Under the pieces are notes generated by a model, which had not been told where the DNA came from, made no database searches, and worked only from the letters and a program-made list of their open reading frames with translations. From a virus (lineage: Duplodnaviria > Caudoviricetes), in the IMG/VR virus record IMGVR_UViG_3300020374_001049, positions 1-51,644 of that record: a stretch of 51,644 nucleotides of DNA, one strand, 5' to 3'. Below, piece after piece: positions 48,617 through 51,644 of the stretch (position 1 is the stretch's first letter; every line of letters starts with the position of its first letter). Both the position numbers and the translations under genes were made by a program.

Positions 48617-48913
48617 CTATTTGCCTGCAGTCGCTGGTGCGGCTGTTGGCTGTTTTGCTTCAGGCTTTTGTTCTGGTGCCACTCTGGCTAAGAACGCCTG
48701 TAGTTTGTTAAACATTGCTCCAACTGTGGCCATTTCATTTGCTCTAAAGGCTCCACGTGTTGATGCAACATCAATTATAGTTGCTAAATTTTTCAAGTCA
48801 GCAATAGATAAATCTTGTGCTGTTGCTTGTTTTGGTTGAGGTGCAGTTTGCGTTGCAGTTGCTTTTGCTTTTGTCTGTGCCTCTTTCTTTAATGTCTTTT
48901 TTCTTGTTGCCAT
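48617..48913 (-). CDS. Hypothetical protein (IIDVASTRGAF..E...VG motif), probably highly expressed
   Basis: SD AAGGAG and a near-consensus sigma70 promoter directly upstream. A helical core is flanked by low-complexity Ala/Pro/Lys/Gln tails. Confidence 0.75.
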   Translation of the reverse strand: MATRKKTLKKEAQTKAKATATQTAPQPKQATAQDLSIADLKNLATIIDVASTRGAFRANEMATVGAMFNKLQAFLARVAPEQKPEAKQPTAAPATAGK

Positions 48914-48933
48914 TTAAATCTCCTTATACACCA

Positions 48934-48962
48934 ATTATACTAGAATTAATTATCAGAGTCAA
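48934..48962 (-). promoter_or_regulatory. Near-consensus sigma70 promoter TTGACT-N17-TATAAT, with ATAATTA in the spacer
   Basis: The minus strand reads ttgact ctgataattaattctag tataat, followed by AAGGAG and the ATG at 48913. Confidence 0.85.
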
Positions 48963-48998
48963 TGATTGGATGGAAATAAAGTGGTAGTATTTTGGTAA

Positions 48999-49268
48999 TT
49001 AATATTTAGGTTTGTCAGTTACTAAACCACTTAACGCAAACAGAGTCATATCAGATGGTTGCTCGAATCCAATTGTGGTCATACCTTTCCAAGCATCTTT
49101 GTCCCATTTGACATCTTTTACCACGCAGTATCTACCTGTGCAATTTTCGTAAATCCATTTGTTAATCTTTTCAATGTCATAGTCGTTTAACCATTTTGAA
49201 AAGGTTGTAAAGTGTGGCATAATATTATCTACTCGTCTGTTGAAAAAATTTAATTTATTAATCCTCAT
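48999..49268 (-). CDS. Hypothetical protein
   Basis: KWIYENCTGRY...IGFEQPSD..F.L pattern. The start is probably the ATG at 49268, overlapping the end of the VWA gene. Confidence 0.65.
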   Translation of the reverse strand: MRINKLNFFNRRVDNIMPHFTTFSKWLNDYDIEKINKWIYENCTGRYCVVKDVKWDKDAWKGMTTIGFEQPSDMTLFALSGLVTDKPKY

Positions 49269-50484
49269 ATGCAACTGTCATCCCAAATGGTGCTTCAATG
49301 TTTCGTTCATATGGATTATTGATCAAAAATATTGTATCACAGTAGTCTGGATCACCCCAACTGTCAAATGGCCAACCATCTGTAAACATAATAAATTTTT
49401 TAGGCTCAATGCCATTGTCTTTCATGTATTTCCAATTACATTCAAATTCTGTACCACCGCCATTGCCAAATTCATAGTTAAGTAATTCATCTGCATTGTC
49501 TGGAGTAAACACTTTTGGATTGAAAACTTCTGTGTCAAAACTCCATAAGTGTATTCTAAAATCTTTGTATTGATCCATTATGTTTTTGACTTCTGTTAAA
49601 AACTCTTTGCACTGTTGATCAGTGATAGAGCCTGATGCGTCTAGAGCCAAACACACATCAATCATTTCGTCATTGTTCTGTCCTGGTAGTATTGCTGAAG
49701 TGTGCCAACTTTTTCTACTGGGCCTCATCCAAGTGTAGTCTGACTTTATTGTGCTCATGATCTGTTGCTGGATTATTTCTCTCCAGTCCATTTTTGGTTC
49801 AGTAAGGTCTTTTACAATTCTTTGTATTGCACCTGGCAAATTACTTGCACCTGTTGATTGTGCGGCACTTATCATTGCTTCTTTTATCTCGTCTTTTATT
49901 TTTTTAAGTTCTTGTTTAGTGTATATAGGTTTGCCTGAACCTTTTTGATTCTGTTTCTTTTGTTCTTGAGGACTATCACCTTTGCCCCATTCTTGGTGAT
50001 CATCAATAAGTTGTCCCATTTTCTCCAACATTTTTTTACCGTTCTTTTTGGCCTGTTTGTAAATGTCATCATATATTTTTTCTGCAGGCCAATCTTTGTA
50101 TTTGTCATCTTGGAATCCTTTGTCTTTGCCTTTGGCATCTTTTGGCATTTCACCAATCTGTCCATCTTTAAGAATTTGATTTACAGCATAATCGGCCGCT
50201 ATGTTCCAAAGCATAGGATCTCTGTCACCTATTCTTAATAACATATGTTCAAATACATTGTGCAGAACTTCGTGTCCAAATAAAAATTCTGATTCTTTTG
50301 GAGTTAAAGAATCAATAAATTTTGTATTGTAAAAGAAATGTCTACCATCAGTGGCCGCAGTAGGACACCAGTCATCAGCATTTACAAGTTTTAATCTTGT
50401 TGCAAGGTTACCAAAGAAAGGATGTTTAAGAAGTAATCCAATTCTTGCAGTAACCAATTTGTCTATGATTCTTTGATCTGACAC
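49258..50484 (-). CDS. DUF2201-type protein: HExxH metallopeptidase-like N-domain plus VWA-like C-domain
   Basis: PFFG, TAATDG, HEVLH, WNIAADYAVN, RPSR, DASGS (MIDAS), GGGT.F, FTDG. Confidence 0.88.
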   Translation of the reverse strand: MSDQRIIDKLVTARIGLLLKHPFFGNLATRLKLVNADDWCPTAATDGRHFFYNTKFIDSLTPKESEFLFGHEVLHNVFEHMLLRIGDRDPMLWNIAADYAVNQILKDGQIGEMPKDAKGKDKGFQDDKYKDWPAEKIYDDIYKQAKKNGKKMLEKMGQLIDDHQEWGKGDSPQEQKKQNQKGSGKPIYTKQELKKIKDEIKEAMISAAQSTGASNLPGAIQRIVKDLTEPKMDWREIIQQQIMSTIKSDYTWMRPSRKSWHTSAILPGQNNDEMIDVCLALDASGSITDQQCKEFLTEVKNIMDQYKDFRIHLWSFDTEVFNPKVFTPDNADELLNYEFGNGGGTEFECNWKYMKDNGIEPKKFIMFTDGWPFDSWGDPDYCDTIFLINNPYERNIEAPFGMTVAYED

Positions 50485-51590
50485 TATTTAGACTCCATAG
50501 CAGTTATGACGTACTTGCCAAACTTCTTATGGAACCTATCAAATGATTTCAACTTGCTAGGATCGAACGGAAGTTTGTAGTTGGTTAAGGCAATTTTTGC
50601 ACCCATAACAACCAACTCTGTTTCAAAGTTGTCCATCATGTAGTGGAAAAATCTATCTGCCTGTTCGTTCCAATTCTTTGTTTTTTTCTCGTGTGCCTGT
50701 TGTAGTTCATAGCACAATGAAACTGTCAAAGAATACATTGCTGATATTTCTTTAGTTTTAAGATCTTTGATCTTACCGCTCAAGATATCGGATGGATTTG
50801 GAAGTTGACCGCTAACTTTACGATGATTCATAAATTTAACGGCCAATCCCTCTCCTACGCAACCTGCAACGAGGTCAGTGAGCGTACTTTCTGGCAGGTC
50901 ATCCGATAGAAGTTGTGAAACAAAACTCCATGATCTTGGAGTTGCAAAAGATCTGCTTGATCCTCTAGGATCAAAATCATACAGATCTTGTTTTGAAAAT
51001 GTGCAATATCCTACTACGTCTGGATGTATCTTGTTGTTAGTTGCCCATTGTAACCAGTCTTCGTAGTCCACTCTTAGTTCAACGTGAACAAATCTGTTTG
51101 CCAATGGTGCCGGCATTCTGTATGTGACACCTTTGTCACTTTCTCTGTTACCTGCCGCTACAATTGAAACTCCTTCAGGTAGGTGATATTGTCCTACTCT
51201 TCTGTTCAAGATAAGTTGATAAGCCGCCGCCTGTACTGCCGGTGCCGCTGAATTTAACTCATCTAAAAATACTATTGCCGTGGATTTAGGATCTGTAGGC
51301 AATTCAGCCGGTGATGCCCAAACCATGTTGTTGTCTTTGGAATTGTAGTAAGGAATACCTTTAATATCTGTAGGTTCCCATAAAGGAAGTCTTATATCAA
51401 TAACTTCTCTGTTCTGTGTTTCTGCAATCTGTTTAACAATATCAGATTTACCAATACCTGGCGCACCCCACATCATTATGGGTCTTTGTAATTTGATACA
51501 ATGTGTTAATGCGTTTTTTGCCTCGTTTGGCGTAACAGTTCTATTTTGAGAACCAACTGCTTGTTCTGTATTTTTTTTGTTTCTTGGCAT
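50484..51590 (-). CDS. MoxR-type AAA+ ATPase
   Basis: Walker A GAPGIGKS, Walker B VFLDE, AAGNR, PLANRF, TPRSW. Start is the ATG at 51590 with SD AGGAG. Confidence 0.92.
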   Translation of the reverse strand: MPRNKKNTEQAVGSQNRTVTPNEAKNALTHCIKLQRPIMMWGAPGIGKSDIVKQIAETQNREVIDIRLPLWEPTDIKGIPYYNSKDNNMVWASPAELPTDPKSTAIVFLDELNSAAPAVQAAAYQLILNRRVGQYHLPEGVSIVAAGNRESDKGVTYRMPAPLANRFVHVELRVDYEDWLQWATNNKIHPDVVGYCTFSKQDLYDFDPRGSSRSFATPRSWSFVSQLLSDDLPESTLTDLVAGCVGEGLAVKFMNHRKVSGQLPNPSDILSGKIKDLKTKEISAMYSLTVSLCYELQQAHEKKTKNWNEQADRFFHYMMDNFETELVVMGAKIALTNYKLPFDPSKLKSFDRFHKKFGKYVITAMESK

Positions 51591-51623
51591 TTTGTACACT
51601 CCTGTTAAAATGTTTATAATACC

Positions 51624-51632
51624 ATTATAGCA
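51624..51632 (-). promoter_or_regulatory. Extended -10 sigma70 promoter TGCTATAAT for the MoxR operon
   Basis: TGnTATAAT on the minus strand ~34 nt upstream of the ATG at 51590. The -35 would lie outside the window. Confidence 0.65.
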
Positions 51633-51644
51633 GAAATGTGTTAT

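Noticed and set aside
750-51066. Numerous 60-220 aa ORFs antisense to or nested in long genes (e.g. 6017..6574, 22180..22614, 23667..24332, 24717..25244, 48414..48839)
   Set aside because: They are shadows of the real CDSs' codon bias (e.g. poly-Pro opposite poly-Gly), with no SD or recognisable motifs.
1-51644. Stop-codon reassignment, introns or inteins, tRNA/rRNA genes
   Set aside because: Genes are full length under code 11, with TAA, TAG and TGA all used as stops. Intergenic gaps are under ~90 nt with no cloverleaf, and I recognised no intein motifs.

Overview
This window is a segment of an AT-rich (roughly one-third GC by eye) jumbo myovirus genome using the standard genetic code and T4-like late promoters (TAAATA). 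Bases 1-28960 (+) are a contractile-tail baseplate and fibre module: a hub protein truncated at the window edge, a gp5-like spike, gp25 and gp6 wedge proteins, a 4293-aa giant baseplate protein, three paralogous tail fibres, a free-standing fibre-chaperone domain, a polyglycine adhesin and a further structural protein. Bases 29025-47788 are a ~19 kb enzyme island in two converging operons: four GT-A-like glycosyltransferases, five tandem N-terminal-Twitch radical SAM enzymes, an SGNH-like protein, a 34-aa peptide, a NodU/CmcH carbamoyltransferase, two NDP-sugar SDR epimerase/dehydratases, two DegT aminotransferases, a Gfo/Idh/MocA dehydrogenase and a PIG-L deacetylase. Bases 47785-51644 (-) hold small hypotheticals and a MoxR AAA+/VWA-metallopeptidase pair under sigma70 promoters. 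The best candidate for a new system is a phage-encoded pathway that builds an unusual aminated, carbamoylated, radical-SAM-tailored glycan, probably for the virion. The giant baseplate protein repeats DGST at least 15 times as a possible acceptor motif. GCWGC and AGCT appear to be purged from the whole window. All calls come from reading motifs by eye, with no database search.
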